64,000 bases of DNA from Squalus acanthias. Taxonomy: Eukaryota. The notes under the pieces were generated by a model, which did not search any database, was not told the DNA's origin, and saw nothing but the letters and a program-made list of their open reading frames with translations. The translations under genes were made by a program, and so were the position numbers. The stretch spans positions 102,860,001 through 102,924,000 of the forward strand of contig CM059431.1 in NCBI GenBank assembly GCA_030390025.1, written 5' to 3'. Each line of letters starts with the position of its first letter. Position 1 is the stretch's first letter. Below, one piece after another: positions 46,855 through 59,467 of the stretch.

Positions 46855-48527
46855 TGTAAGGGTTTTTGTCTCTCAGCCTGTGAGATTCGTGCGGCTCTGT
46901 GCAGCCCGGGTGCTAGTGCGGGTTTAGGCCTTGTTGCCTGTTCTGGTCTCCAGCCAGTCTGGGAGCACTAGACACACCTGTGAGTGGTTCGACCCACTCG
47001 CCCTTACGGTTCTAGACACTGGACTTAGATGCGAGAGCAGTAATGGAGATGAAACTCAGGTAGACTCGGTTGAATGGTACGAAATGGAAAATCTTTATTG
47101 CATAATAATTAAGATTACGAAATACATGTCATAAGCACAGATTAATGACAGTACAATCTTACACGCAGTTATGTAACTAATTTCGGGGAAACGAGGAACG
47201 AACGACACATCGTAAATGGGGGCACACAATACTTAAAACCCTCCCCTATCAATATCTGTCCTAAGCTAGATTCGTAGGATTCGAGACTCATGCTCACCAC
47301 TCGTGATAACTCGGAGAATTCCGAAAACTCTGATCGGATGTTTTTCACCGCAGCGCCCACGTGTCGATCAGGGGGTCTCCTGGCCCCACTTGTTTACTCG
47401 TTTCTGCTCCGGCTAGCAGGCTGGAACGCCTGCTGTCATGAAGATCTGTGTTGTCCTCGGAGTTCCGACTCTACTCAAAAAAAAAAAGTCTTCCTGTGCC
47501 CTCACACCGGTTCGATAAAACTCAAAGAAGCGTCTTCCTGGGCAAGGAAAATGTCTATTCGACCTACAGGCGCGGTTGGAGCTTACTGACCGTGGCGATA
47601 AGTATGGTCTTCTCTTCTCATCTCATCTCATCTCATCTCATCTCATCTCGGGCCTTCGGTTCCAACACCGTTTACCGACTTATCGGGATGGTGCGCCCGC
47701 TTCAAGGCTTCAGAGCCCAGTTCTACACAGGTCTTCGCGACACGACACGAGGTAGATTCGAGCGGATCGTAAAGTTCAACAGTTTTTTGAAAAGAGACAC
47801 GAGGCAAGCAGGAACAAGACGGCGAGTCAAGAGCAGCCACGAGGATAAACACCAGCAAAATAAGAGTCAACCGAATAAGAGTCAAGAGTCAAGAGAAAGA
47901 TGGACGGTTTGGAGCTTGTAATTATAGTGCAAAATCTTCCGTTTCCCGCCCAACCTTAATGTCTTTTCTTTTGTTAGGGTTTGGCACTCAAATGTCTTGT
48001 ATAGGGTGATCTTCGTTTTAATGGGTTTCGGGGCTACTCGTAAATGTCTGAGTACCTGTTAATATTTCTCCCATTGTTTAATCGGTCGGTGTTCTCCCTG
48101 GAGGGGTTTTGGGCTTCCAAGTGTTTTCTGTAACTACCCGCTAACGGCTCTCTCATCGTAGGGTCGTTGGGATTTTACATATTAATGTCTTTGGATGGGT
48201 TCTTGATTACTTGGTACAACAGCCCTCATTCGCACCTGGGAGACCGATTTCAGTATTTATGTGTATACTGTGAACCCATGATGTCTCGTGTATTATCTTC
48301 AATGTGCTGAGTCTTAATCGATCTTGCACAAATGTTTACTGGAACGCCATCTTGTCTGCCTGTTGAAAAGTCTAGAATGTTCTGCCACGAGGCGCGGCGG
48401 CCATTTTACAAGCTGCTTGTGTCCACTTTGAAAACCTGACAGCATTCTGCTGAAATAAAAGCTGTTTGAACGAAACTATGTGTTCTTCTCCTTATTAATA
48501 AAATCGCGATATATTGCGAATTCTACA
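46855..48527 (-). mobile_element. Long solo LTR-like insertion, 1673 bp
   Basis: TGTA...TACA termini; perfect 4-bp TSD ACAC (46851-46854, 48528-48531); minus-strand TATAAT at 47921-47926 and AATAAA at 47094-47099. Confidence 0.8.
47618..47649. repeat. (CATCT)n microsatellite inside the LTR
   Basis: Read directly. Confidence 0.9.
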
Positions 48528-48719
48528 ACACGGGGCAGCCGAGATTTGGATAAGCTCAAGTTTATGGAAGGTGGAAGGTGGGAGGCCGGCCAGGAGAGCG
48601 TTGGAATAGTCAGGTCTACAGATTGGAATCACTAGATTGGATTTTTCTTAAACCTCATCTTCAAACAATTCCAAAATTACACTAAAGTGGCCAAACCACT
48701 ATAAGTGCCTTAATGTGTG

Positions 48720-49190
48720 TTTTTTTTTATTCGTTCCTGGGATGTGGGTGTCACTGGCAAGGCCAGCATTTATTGCCCATCCCTAGTTGCCCTTGAGAAG
48801 GTGGTGGTGAGCCGCCTTCTTGAACCGCTGCAGTCCGTGTGGTGAAGGTACTCCCACAGTGCTGTTAGGGAGGGAGTTCCAGGATTTTGACCCAGCGACG
48901 ATGAAGGAACGGCCGATATATTTCTAACTCAGGATGGTGTGTGATTTGGAGGGGAACTTGGAGGTAGTGGTGTTCCCATGTGCCTGCTGACCTTGTCCTT
49001 CTAGGTGGGAGAGGTCGCGGGTTTGGGAGGTGCTGCCGAAGAAGCCTTTGCGAGTTGCTGCAGTGCATCTTATAGGTGGTGCACACTGCAGCCACGGTAT
49101 GTTGGTGGTGGAGGGACTGAATGTTTGAGGTGGTGGATTGAGCGCCAATCTAGTGGGCTGCTTTGTCCTGCATGGTGTCGAACTTCTTCA
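48720..49190 (-). mobile_element. Zenon-like LINE 3' fragment
   Basis: Encodes AAVCTTYKMHCSNSQRLLRQHLPNPRPLPPRRTR; A-rich tail. Confidence 0.8.
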
Positions 49191-49481
49191 GAACTAGTAA
49201 GGATGTCAGCCCCAGTTCAGCTTAATGAGAGCTGGATGAAGTGTAACCCATTGGATATGCAATCCAAAGGGTTTTTATTTCCAAGGACTGAGGGCAAAGC
49301 CCTGACTGCACAAATATTCCAACAAGCTGCTTTTAATTGGCAAAATGGGGATATGTTCTCTTGGAAAGGGAGATCTTTTATAATTTTTTGGTTTGTTTTC
49401 TTTTTTGGAAAGATTTTGTTCATAATCACTGTGTGCCACCTTGCATAATCCCCCTATAGTGTATCACCCGTTGCATAAAGT

Positions 49482-50653
49482 TTCTCTCTTCTCTTAGGCA
49501 GCCCCTCGGAACCGAGGATGACTTGCTTCCACATTAAAAATGAGTTCTCAGGTGGCTGATGAGTCCAATGCGGGACCTACAGTCTCTGTCACAGGTGGGG
49601 CAGACGGTGGTTGAAGGGGCGGGTGGGTGGGGTGCTTGGGTTGACGTGCGCTCCTTGCGCTTGGCTTCCGCTTGCTCCCGGCGAAGTGACTCGAGGTGCT
49701 CGGCGCCTTCCCGGATGCTTCTCCTCCACTTTGTGCGGTCTTGAGCCAGGGATTCCCAGGTGTCGGTGGGGATGTTGCACTTTTTCAAGGAGGCTTTGAG
49801 GGTGTCCTTGAAGCATTTCCTCTGCCCACCTGGGGCTCTCTTGCCGTGTCGGAGCTCCGAGTAGAGCGCTTGTTTTGGGAGTCTCGTATCGGGCATGCGG
49901 ACGATGTGACCCGTCCATCGGAGCGATCGAGTGTGGTCAAAGCTTCGATGCTGCGGATGTTGGCCTGAGCGAGAACACTGACGTTGGTGCGCCTATCCTG
50001 CCAATGGATTTGCAGGATCTTGCGGAGGCAGCGTTGGTGGTACCTCTCCAGTGCTTTGAGGTACCTGCTGTACATGGTCCATGTCTCCGAGGCATACAGG
50101 AGGGCAGGTATCACTACTGCTCTGTAGACCATGAACTTAGTGCCGGGTTTGAGGTCCTGGTCTTCAAACACTCTCTTCTCAGGCGACCGAAGGCTGCACT
50201 GGCACACTGAAGGCGGTGTTGGATTTTGTCATCGACGTCTGCCCTTGTTGACAGTAGGCTCCCGAGGTATGGAAAGTGGTTCACGTTGTCCAAGGCCTTG
50301 TCGTGGATTTTGATAATTTGGGGGCAGTACTGTGTGGCTGGGGCAGGTTGGTAGAGGACCTTTGTCTTACGGATGTTTAGTATAAGGCCCATGCTCTCGT
50401 ACGCTTCGGTGAAGGTGTTGACGATGGTTTGGAGTTCGACCTCCGAGTGAGCGCCGACGCAAGCGTCGTCTGCATACTGTAATTCGACGACAGAGGATGG
50501 GACGACCTTGGATCTGGACTGGAGGCAACAGAGGTTGAACAGTTTCCCGTTTGTTCTGTAAATTAGCTCTACTCCAGCGGGGAGCTTACTGAGGGTGAGA
50601 TGGAGCATTGCAGCCAGGAAGATCGAGAAGAGCGTTGGTGCGATGACACAGTG
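49482..50653 (-). mobile_element. RTE-clade (BovB-like) LINE, 5'-truncated and frameshifted RT fragment
   Basis: Encodes CVIAPTLFSIFL...ELQYADDAC...GLILNIRKTKVL...LYASETWT...RLPKQALYSEL and the C-terminal CCHH finger CPTCDRDCRSRIGLISHLRTH; 60-bp flanking direct repeat. Confidence 0.93.
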
Positions 50654-51136
50654 ATAATCACTGTGTGCCACCTTGCATAATCCCCCTATAATGTATCACC
50701 CATTGCATAAAGTAGAACTTCGAGGCGTCCCTTTTATTCAAAATACACCCCCAAGCCTATGCGTATAACCATATGCTTTAAATGAAAAAAAGAAATGGGT
50801 TGGCAATTTGAACGAAATGTACCCCTCTGGCCTTTCCTTCCCCTTTAATGCTGTTACAATGACCCAGCTGATAATTTAGGATAAAGAGGAGGTTTTACAT
50901 GGAAGGCAAATGAGCTGCTATATTATGCAATGGTGAACAATCCATATTTATTACACATTAATAACACGGTACATCATTTGATTAAACATGCCTGTAATTT
51001 TCTGTTTACCATTTCACAGACATATTACTGATTAAATATATAAGCGGTATAATAGGATTTTAGTTAAACATGTGTTAATTATTTATACCAATCTTATTAA
51101 AGCTTTGTGAGACAACTACTTAAAATTTTGCTGTTG

Positions 51137-51478
51137 TCTTTTTTTTATTTGTTCCTGGGATCTGGGCGTTGTCGGCAAGGCCAGCATTTATTGCCCATCC
51201 CAAATTGCCCCTTGAGAAGGTGGTGGTGAAACGCCTTCTTGAACCGCTGCAGTCCGAGTGGTGAAGGTGCTCCCACAGTGCTGTTAGGGAGGGAGTTCCA
51301 GGATTTTGACCCAGCGACGATGAGGGGAACGGCTGATATATTTCCAAGTCAGGATAGTGTGTGACTTGGAGGGGAACTTGGAGGTGGTGGTGTTCCCATG
51401 CGCCTGCTGCCCTTGTCCTTCTAGGTGGTAGAGGTCGCGGGTTTGGGAGGTGCTGCCGAAGAAGCCTTGGCGAGTTTC
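51137..51478 (-). mobile_element. Zenon-like LINE 3' end
   Basis: Homologous to 55420-55752. Confidence 0.8.
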
Positions 51479-52213
51479 TTGTTGTTTATCATTAAGTATC
51501 AGCTGATAGCAGAGACTTAAAGTGATGCTATTTGTCTTTTTGAACAAATGCACTGTGCTGCACTAATGAAGTTAAACATGTAGCACTCTACGAGCGCAGT
51601 AGTGTCTGTCTCAGACTATTTTCTAACAGTGTGATCAGCACGGTGCTAGAGCCCATATACTGACAATTACTCTTTCAGCATTGTTTAACTACCTTAAGAG
51701 AGTTGTATAACTAATAGAGTACAGGTAACATATTTGAATAAAGTCTTTGTTCTGTAATTGTTATTAAAAACCAGAGCGCTAAATGCTGACATTTGCTTGA
51801 CTGACAATCTATGATGTTTGCTCCTTTGAAATAGCATGATTATGACCATTTCTCTATACAACATTAGAAAGGGTTCGATGGCCTGGCGTTTCCGCTCGGT
51901 TGCGCTGATTTTTTTTTCCACCCAAAATCGGCCAAACCGGAGCGAAAGATCGCGGAATTTTAAGCGCGGAATGCGTCCAGCGTAACTTGAGCTTCCGCCA
52001 TCTTTCGCGCTGGTTTTAAAAACATCGCGCTGGAAGCCGGCCCCGCCCCCACAAAACCGGCCATGCCCCCCTCCGCCCCCCCCCAGATCGAATTCATCAC
52101 CGCGGCCAGTTTCCGGTAATTGCGCCTGTCTGCGGGCCTTCGAGGAGGCTCTTAAAATTGAGCTTTTTTTTTTAGGTGCAAGGACACCAATAGGACACCT
52201 TTTAAAAGTTTAT

Positions 52214-53106
52214 GGGGGAGAAATTCAGTATCACCCCATTTGGGGCGCAATTATCGGCCGGGCGCAAAGATTAGCGCCTGGCGCTAATTATCGCCACCGA
52301 CTGCAAACTTGACTTTTATCGCCCCTGGAGGTGATTGCAGCGCTAAATCAGGCGCTTCACACCTGTCTTAAGGCGCAAAGGCCGAGGAGCGAGGCGCTAC
52401 CTCAGAGCGCTGGCGAAGCTCATGTGATGTCAGTCAGCAATGGAACACACACACAATGGCACGGGCCAGTTCTTAAAGGGGATGGTTAATCTTGCTTTCC
52501 ATCCACATCCTGCTCATTGCAGCCTTGAATTTCGGCCTGGAGAGACCTGCACATCAAATGTGCTGGAAAGAACAATGGAGAGTACCAGGCAAAGAGCTCA
52601 GAGTGATGCCCCCACAGTCTCTGCTAAATCGATACATGGAATGGCAAATCAAAATGAACCTGCAAAGTGCTGCTCAGTACCCAAAACTCCTTCACACAAC
52701 GTTGAATCTCTCCAGAAGTCTCTCCCTCTCTCTCTCAGAATGCATAGTTCAAAAATGGCACAAACAATAAAAGGCAGGAAGCGGTCACCTTTAAATAGCG
52801 CTCCCCCTTTCCCTACATGACTGCAGAACGCTCCCCTCAATCTGTCGTTGCTAGCGTCAGGCGGTAAGGCAGGGGGCGCCACTCAATATCCGCTCTGGGG
52901 CGATACCGGGGCGTTGCGCACTCGAGTGACGTCACGATCTGCTGGCGCAGGAGATCGTGGCGGTAGTGTTTAGCGCCGCCGCAAAATGTCTAGTTAATTT
53001 CGCGAGCGGCGCAAACTTCGCCGCGCCTGGGCGCTAGATGCTTTGCGCCCCATTAGCGCCCTCTTAAGGCGCTAACGGGAGGCGCAACCAACTGAATTTT
53101 TCCCCC
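52214..53106. mobile_element. PIF/Harbinger-type MITE, 893 bp
   Basis: TIR GGGGGAGAAATTCAG / CTGAATTTTTCCCCC; 3-bp TSD TAT; subterminal region related to 15689-16367. Confidence 0.8.
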
Positions 53107-53467
53107 TATGAATGTATATTTTTTTAAATTTACTGAGAAACTGACTACTGTACACCAATGAAACTAACAGATGGTTCTGTGTAGTTTTTTTAAAGTCATT
53201 TTCAAATATTTAAAATCGGGTTACTCACAGGTGGTGGACTGGACACACTGATTAAAAATGTTTATTTTTTGGTGATAAACCCATTTTCAGCTGTATTAAT
53301 AAAATTGCACCAGATTACCGCTCTTAAACACATCGAGGAATGTTTCTTAAAGCAAATTTTTAAAAAAATTACTTCTAAAGCGCGACCCGATTGCGCTGGT
53401 TCATGGCAGATTTTATGTTTGGCGATACGCAAATGAGATTGTGTAGAAACTTGAGCAAAAAACCCCA

Positions 53468-53843
53468 CTTTTTTTTAATGCGCTCACAGGATGTGAGTAT
53501 CGCTGGCAAGGCCGGCATTTATTGTCCATCCCTAATTGCCCTTGAGAAGGTGGTGGTGAGCCGCCATTTTGGAGGGCCAGTTAAGAGTCAACTACATTGC
53601 TGTGGGTCTGGAGTCACATCTCGGCCAGACCGGGTAAGGGCGGTAGATTTCCTTCCCTAAAGGACATTAGCGAACCAGATGGGCTTTTACAACAATCCGG
53701 TAGTTTCATGGTCACCATCACTGATACTAACTTTTTATTCCAGATTTATTTAATTAACTGAATTTAAATTCCCCAGCTGCCGTGGTGGGATTTGAACTCA
53801 CGTCTCCGCGTCATTAGTCCAGGCCTCTGGATTACTAGTCCAG
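53468..53843 (-). mobile_element. tRNA-derived SINE family 2
   Basis: Reverse complement of the 34745-35225 family. Confidence 0.82.
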
Positions 53844-55194
53844 CGCATTTTACCGATTGCGCCCCGAGCGGAAAGCTCCACCCCTTTGGCGCGTATCTGA
53901 AGACCTAGTGATTTTTTTTTTCTTAAAGCGAGCACAATTTTCAAGCGCAATTTGCGCCCGGATCGTCGATTGTGCCCACAGTGGAAACTCTTGGCCTACT
54001 TCTTAAAGGGGCATTGCTAAAATTAAACTGAACAGTCTGCATGTATTTCTGGGTAGACACCAATCTTGTTCATCCAGTCACTTGCTAGCAGCATAATCTG
54101 GGCCGCATGGAGTGAGACAGCGCTAAAGATCGTGGAATTTTAAACATAAGCGAGCTGCCTCGTCCATAACCGCTTTACGCTGAATCTTTTACGCTGGGTC
54201 AGAAGTCTGTTCGCCGAAGGGGCAGCTCAAAAGACCACGGGTGTCTGGGCACCCGAAGGACTTCCCTCCCGCAAAACTGACCACCCCCACCCCCAGGTCG
54301 GAATGGAGAGTTTCCGCCAATTGTGCCCGTTCGGTGGGGTGTTTATCGCACTGCGCCCAGAATCGCGGGCACACAGGCTCCCGTGGTCACATGGATCCGG
54401 CATTAATCGCCGTTTCCCTGCTGCGACCCAGGTCTGACGGCCCCAGCAGCTGCTGCAATTACTTGAAATGAGTCTAAATTGAGTCAATTACCGAGCAGGA
54501 CACGCCTGCGTGGCTTCAGCTGACTGATGGTCACCGCTCTCAGGGACCAAAGGCAGCTCAAAGCCGTCAATTGAAGCCCATTTAAAAGCCAGGACCAAGA
54601 GCATTAAAGCGGTCAGTTGAAGGGTGGGTCACTCCCTGGCTAATCCCACTCTGTGTAATGCTGGAGGATGCTCATGTTCCAGTCTCAAACCCATTGCGGT
54701 CGACTACGCTGCTCGATCGCTCAGGTTCCACGGGAGATTTAACGTTCGGGCTCACGCTAATGGGTTTCTGCAGAAACTTTGCCTCGCCAAAACCGCCGCA
54801 GTGACCAGCGCACTCTGGCCGCATTTTACCGATTGCACCCCGAGCGGAAACTCCACCCCTTGGAGGATATCTGAAGGCCCGGTGAGTGTTGTTTCTTAAA
54901 AAAAAATCAAAAAACAACAAGCACTTTTATAAGCGGTTGTCAGGAAAGCCGCCTTCTGCTGAAAGCCAGAAAGTAAAATCTTTGTCCACAAGATGGTACT
55001 GCAAGACTGGGTAATAAACAACGAGTCAGAGCGTCCTTGCAAAAATAAATTTGCACAGATATGTGACACTAAATTACATGAAATTAAGTGAAGGACAACT
55101 TCATTCACCTCAGTCAATGCTGATTTTTTTTATTCCCTCTCGACACAAAAGGTTTGAAACAGAGCAGAATGGGTGTCTCTTTCTACATTCTCCT

Positions 55195-55752
55195 GACAGC
55201 CTTTCCACCATCTACAAGGCACAAGTCAGGAGTGTGATGGAATACTCTCCACTTGCCTGGATGAGTGCAGCTCCAACAACACTCAAGAAGCTCGACACCA
55301 TCCAGGCCAAAGCAGCCCGCTTGATTGGCACCCCATCCATCACCTTAAACATTCACTCCCTCCACCACCGGTGCACCGTGGCTGCAGTGTGTACCATCTA
55401 CAAGATGCACCGCAGCAATTCGCCAAGGCTTCTTCGGCAGCACCTCCCAAACCCGCGACCTCTACCACCTAGAAGGACAAGAGCAGCAGGCGCATGGGAA
55501 CACCACCACCTCCAAGTTCCCCTCCAAGTCACACACCACCCTGACTTAGAAGTATATCGGCCGTTCTTTCATCGTCGCTGGGTCAAAATCCTGGAACTCC
55601 CTCCCTAACAGCACTGTGGGAGCACCTTCACCGCACAGACAGTAGCGGTTCAAGAAGGCGGCTCACCACCACCTTCTCAAGGGCAATTGGGGATGGGCAA
55701 TAAATGCTGGCCTTGCCAGCGACGCCCACATCCCATAAACGAATAAAAAAAG
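55195..55752 (+). mobile_element. Zenon-like LINE 3' fragment with complete tail
   Basis: Encodes LSTIYKAQVRSVMEYSPLAWMSAAPTTLKKLDTIQAKAARLI; ends gaataaaaaaa. Confidence 0.82.
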
Positions 55753-55937
55753 CTGGAATTTCACAGTTATTAGCACAGTGTAGAGAAACTTTATTCTAAT
55801 TTCGTAGCATTGATGAGAGTGCCAAGAGGATTGCCTTCCTATTGTTCAATGGTGGAGGCATTCTCAGCCCTTTCTGTCCTTTGAGAGCCATAAATGTGTG
55901 GTTGTCTCTCCCATGCCCTCCCCCAATATATTTTTTT

Positions 55938-56308
55938 TAATTTATTCACAGGATGTGGGTACTGCCAGCAAGGCCAGCATTTATTGCCCGTCCCTATTTG
56001 CCCTTGATAAGGTGGTGGTGAGCCACCTTCTTGAATAAGTGGCTTGTGAGGCTATTTCAGAGGGGAGTTAAGAGTCAACCACATTACTGTGGGCGTGGAG
56101 TCACATATAGACCAGACCAGCGGATTTCCTTCCCTGAAGGAAATTAGTGAACTCGATGGGTTTTTACAAGAATCCATTAGTTTCATGGTCACCATTACTT
56201 ATACTGGCTTTTTATTCCAGATTTATTTAATTCACTGAATTTAAATTCAGTGATGTGATTTGGCTGGATTACTAAACCAGTAACATAATCACTATGCTCC
56301 CGTACCCC
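55938..56308 (-). mobile_element. tRNA-derived SINE family 2
   Basis: Head at about 56270-56308, central domain and LINE-derived tail. Confidence 0.8.
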
Positions 56309-56319
56309 GATGGAGAAGA

Positions 56320-57425
56320 TGTGAAAAGATTTACTAGAATGATACCAGGACTGAGAGGTTATACCTATCAAAAAAGATTGAACAGGCGGGGACTATTTTC
56401 GCTAGAAAAGAGAAGACTGAGGGGTGACCTGATAGAGGTCTTCAAGATTATGAAAGGGTTTGATAGGGTAGACGTAGAGAAGATATTTCCACTTGTGGGG
56501 GAGACCAGAACTAGGGGCCATGATCTTATTGAATGGCGGAGCAGGCTCGAGGGGCCAAATGACCGACTCCTGCTCCTATTTCTTATGTTCTTATGTTACG
56601 TTCTTCTTCTTCTTCTTCTTAGGCAGTCCCTCGGAACCGAGGATTACTTTCTTCCACATGAAAAATGAGTTCGCAGGTGACTGATGAGTCCAATGCGGGA
56701 CCTACAGTCTCTGTCACAGGTGGGGCAGACGGTGGTTGAAGGGGCGGGGGGGGTGCTTGGGTTGACGTGCGATCCTTCCGCTGTTTGCGCTTGCCTTCCG
56801 CTTGCTCCCGGCGAAGAGACTCGAGGTGTTCGGCACCTTCCCGGATGCTTCTCCTCCACTTTGTGCGGTCTTGGGCCAGGGATTCCCAGGTGTCGGTGGG
56901 GATGTTGCACTTTTTCAAGGAGGCTTTGAGGGTGTCCTTGAAGCGTTTCCTCTGCCCACCTGGGGCTCTCTTGCCGTGCCGGAGCTCCGAGTAGAGCGCT
57001 TGTTTTGGGAGTCTCGTATCGGGCATGCGGACAATGTGACCCGTCCATCGGAGCTGATCGAGCGTGGTCAAAACTTCGATGCCGGGGATGCTATTCTTAT
57101 GCTAAAGGACTTGTATAGAAGTTCAAAACCAGAGGCCATCAATATAAGATAGTCACTAATAAATCCAATAGGGAATTCAGGAGAAACTTCTTTACCCAGA
57201 GAGTGGTGAGAATGGGGAACTCGCTACCACAGGGAGTGGTTGAGGCGAATAGCAGAGATGCATTTAAAGGGAAGCTAGATAAACACATGAGGGAGAAAGG
57301 AATAGAAGGATATGTTGATGGGGTGAGATGAAGAGGGGGGGGAGGAGGCTCGTGTGGAGCATAAACACCGGCACGGACTGGTTGGGCCGAATGGCCTGTT
57401 TCTGTGGTGTAAATACTTTGTAACA
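56320..57425 (+). mobile_element. CR1 3' fragment (56320-56520 plus 57130-57425) interrupted by another CR1 tail and an RTE
   Basis: KRFTRMIPGLRG...GETRTRGH, resuming at ggccatcaatataagatagtcact. Confidence 0.8.
56601..57090 (-). mobile_element. RTE-clade LINE 3' fragment
   Basis: Encodes QLRWTGHIVRMPDTRLPKQALYSEL; (GAA)n tail; highly similar to 49495-49960. Confidence 0.92.
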
Positions 57426-58066
57426 CTTTGTAATATCTGATTTTCGTACCGATCATGCAAAACAAGGACAGCCTCCCTCCCATTCATTCCTCAAGATTAT
57501 GGCCTGTTGTTCTTATCACACTTTTCCTTCCAAGTTTGATACCATGAAGATAAATTAAAGTGAAATATTGTCTTTTTCATCAGTACCTCTCCCTATTCAT
57601 TACTCTCTTCAGGCCATCAGGTGCTGGGTCTCGTTTTAAGGTCTGAAAAATGAGTCCTGTTGAAATAAATGACCTAATTTTCATTAACTAAATTTCTGCC
57701 CCGATCATCAGTTCTGACCCTCACAATTTCTTGAGGAGTTTTGATTTCCCTAACGTCTACATTTTCCTTCATTCTGATCACATCACTGAGTTCATTTCCT
57801 CAGTTTGTCTATTTATCAGACGTAATAACCGGGAGCAGTTTCATCCTCTGTTAATTTCCTTTTTTAAAAGATTCCCTGCGTTTCTCTCACTGAAAAATAA
57901 AGCCATATTGTGCCTTACAGAAAGAGTCTTGTTTTTTTAACTTGGCTTGGCTCGATCAGAATGTAGCAAATGGAGTTTTATTTCCCTATAGATGTTCAGA
58001 TGTTTCTTACCAGCAGAACACCCGTTAGCCACCACAGGAGTGACTTCCTCTCAGCTGTGGAAAGGG

Positions 58067-58537
58067 TGTCAGCTGTGACTCAGTGGGCAGCACCCTCACC
58101 TGAGTCAGAAGGTTGTGGGTTCAAGTCCCACTCCAGGGACTTGTGCACATAAAGCTAGGCTGACACTCCAGTGCAGTGCTGAGGGAGCGCTGCACTATTG
58201 GAGGTGCCGTCTTTCGGATGAGACGTTAAACCGAGGCCACGTCTGCTCTCTCAGGTGGACGTAAAAGATCCCATGGCCACTATTTTGAAGAAGAGCAGGT
58301 GAGTTATCCCCGGTGTCCTGGGCCAATATTTATCCCTCAACCAACATAACAAAAACAGATTCTTTGGGCTTTTTCACATTGCTGTGTGTGGGAGCTTACT
58401 GTGTGCAAATTGGCTGCCGCGTTTCCTACATTACAACAGTGACTCCACTTCAAAAATACTTCATTGGCTGTAAAGCGCTTTGAGACGTCTGGTGGTCGTG
58501 AAAGGCGCCGTAGAAATGCAAGTCTTTCTTTTCTTTT
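58067..58537 (+). mobile_element. Full-length Deu-domain SINE
   Basis: Head with B box GGTTCAAGTCC, single hairpin unit, Deu core and tail. Confidence 0.92.
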
Positions 58538-58847
58538 CTCTCAAATTCAAAAGCAATCACAATTGGCTGAAGATTAGAAGAGGAGTAGAATTTGCTGAAC
58601 GGAGTGAATATTGATACCACGGTGTCCGCCAGTGAGTTGGAGGCCGAGCAGGACTTGTGGTTTTCATTTACTCAACGACAGCAAACAGAGTCTATTTACT
58701 CCGCAAACAGAGCCTCCTGAGTACCGCAGGATTATTTCTCCAGCAGAAGGCAGTGAGTGGAGGATAGTTACATCATTCAAATGATGAGCGTAAAATCAAT
58801 GCCAGTCACTTACAGCAGTGCGATCTCCAGGCGTGATTGAGATAAGA

Positions 58848-59108
58848 GCATAAGAACATAAGAAATAGGAGCAGTAGTCGGCCATATGGCCCCTCGAGCC
58901 TGCTCCGCCATTCAATGAGATCCTGGCTGATCATCGACCTCAACTCCACTTTCTCGCCCGATCCCCATATCCCTTGACTCCCCTAGAGTCCAAAAATCCA
59001 TCCATCTCAGCCTTGAATAGACTCAACGACTGAGCATCCACGGCCCTCTGGGACAGAGAATTCCAAAGATTCACCACCCTACTGAGTGAAGAAATTCCTC
59101 CTCATCTC
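58848..59108 (-). mobile_element. CR1 3' end
   Basis: (TTCTTATG)n tail. Confidence 0.85.
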
Positions 59109-59467
59109 GACGGGGGAATTACCCAGTCATCTCCGTTGTTCTGGCCGGGACTTGTGGTGTCACTCCGTGCAGCCTTAGTTTAATGGGAACCCATGTGTCT
59201 GATTGAGGGCAGATTGTCTGCCAGCCGTTCATTTATTCTTTCATCAGATTTTGCTGTTGTCATATTTTGCTGTGACAGAAGATGATTAGTTGAGCTCCAA
59301 AACCCTCGAAGGAGTTCAAGCTGGATACCGTATTATCCATCCTTTTGCTGCCTGCAGAGTCCTATTAATGTTGAAAGTGTGGGTTCGGTAGTGCTGCTAC
59401 TCTTATAATGTTTGTAAGTTAATTTGCAATAGTTATTGTGTTAGAGCAATGAAGTACTTATCGACTT

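Larger units (their letters stand above)
46365..48620 (-). mobile_element. L2 3' fragment (46365-46854 plus 48528-48620) split by an LTR
   Basis: gcgagttaggacac|ggg..cagccgag continuity across the insertion. Confidence 0.85.
51880..53996. mobile_element. Non-autonomous DNA transposon-like element hosting two nested insertions
   Basis: Imperfect inverted ends GGCCTGGCGTTTCCGCT / AGTGGAAACTCTTGGCC; TSD not evident. Confidence 0.5.

Noticed and set aside
47290..47921. ORFs inside the long LTR as viral accessory genes
   Set aside because: They include microsatellite-derived residues, lie mostly antisense to the inferred LTR direction and show no recognisable motif; not fully excluded without other copies.
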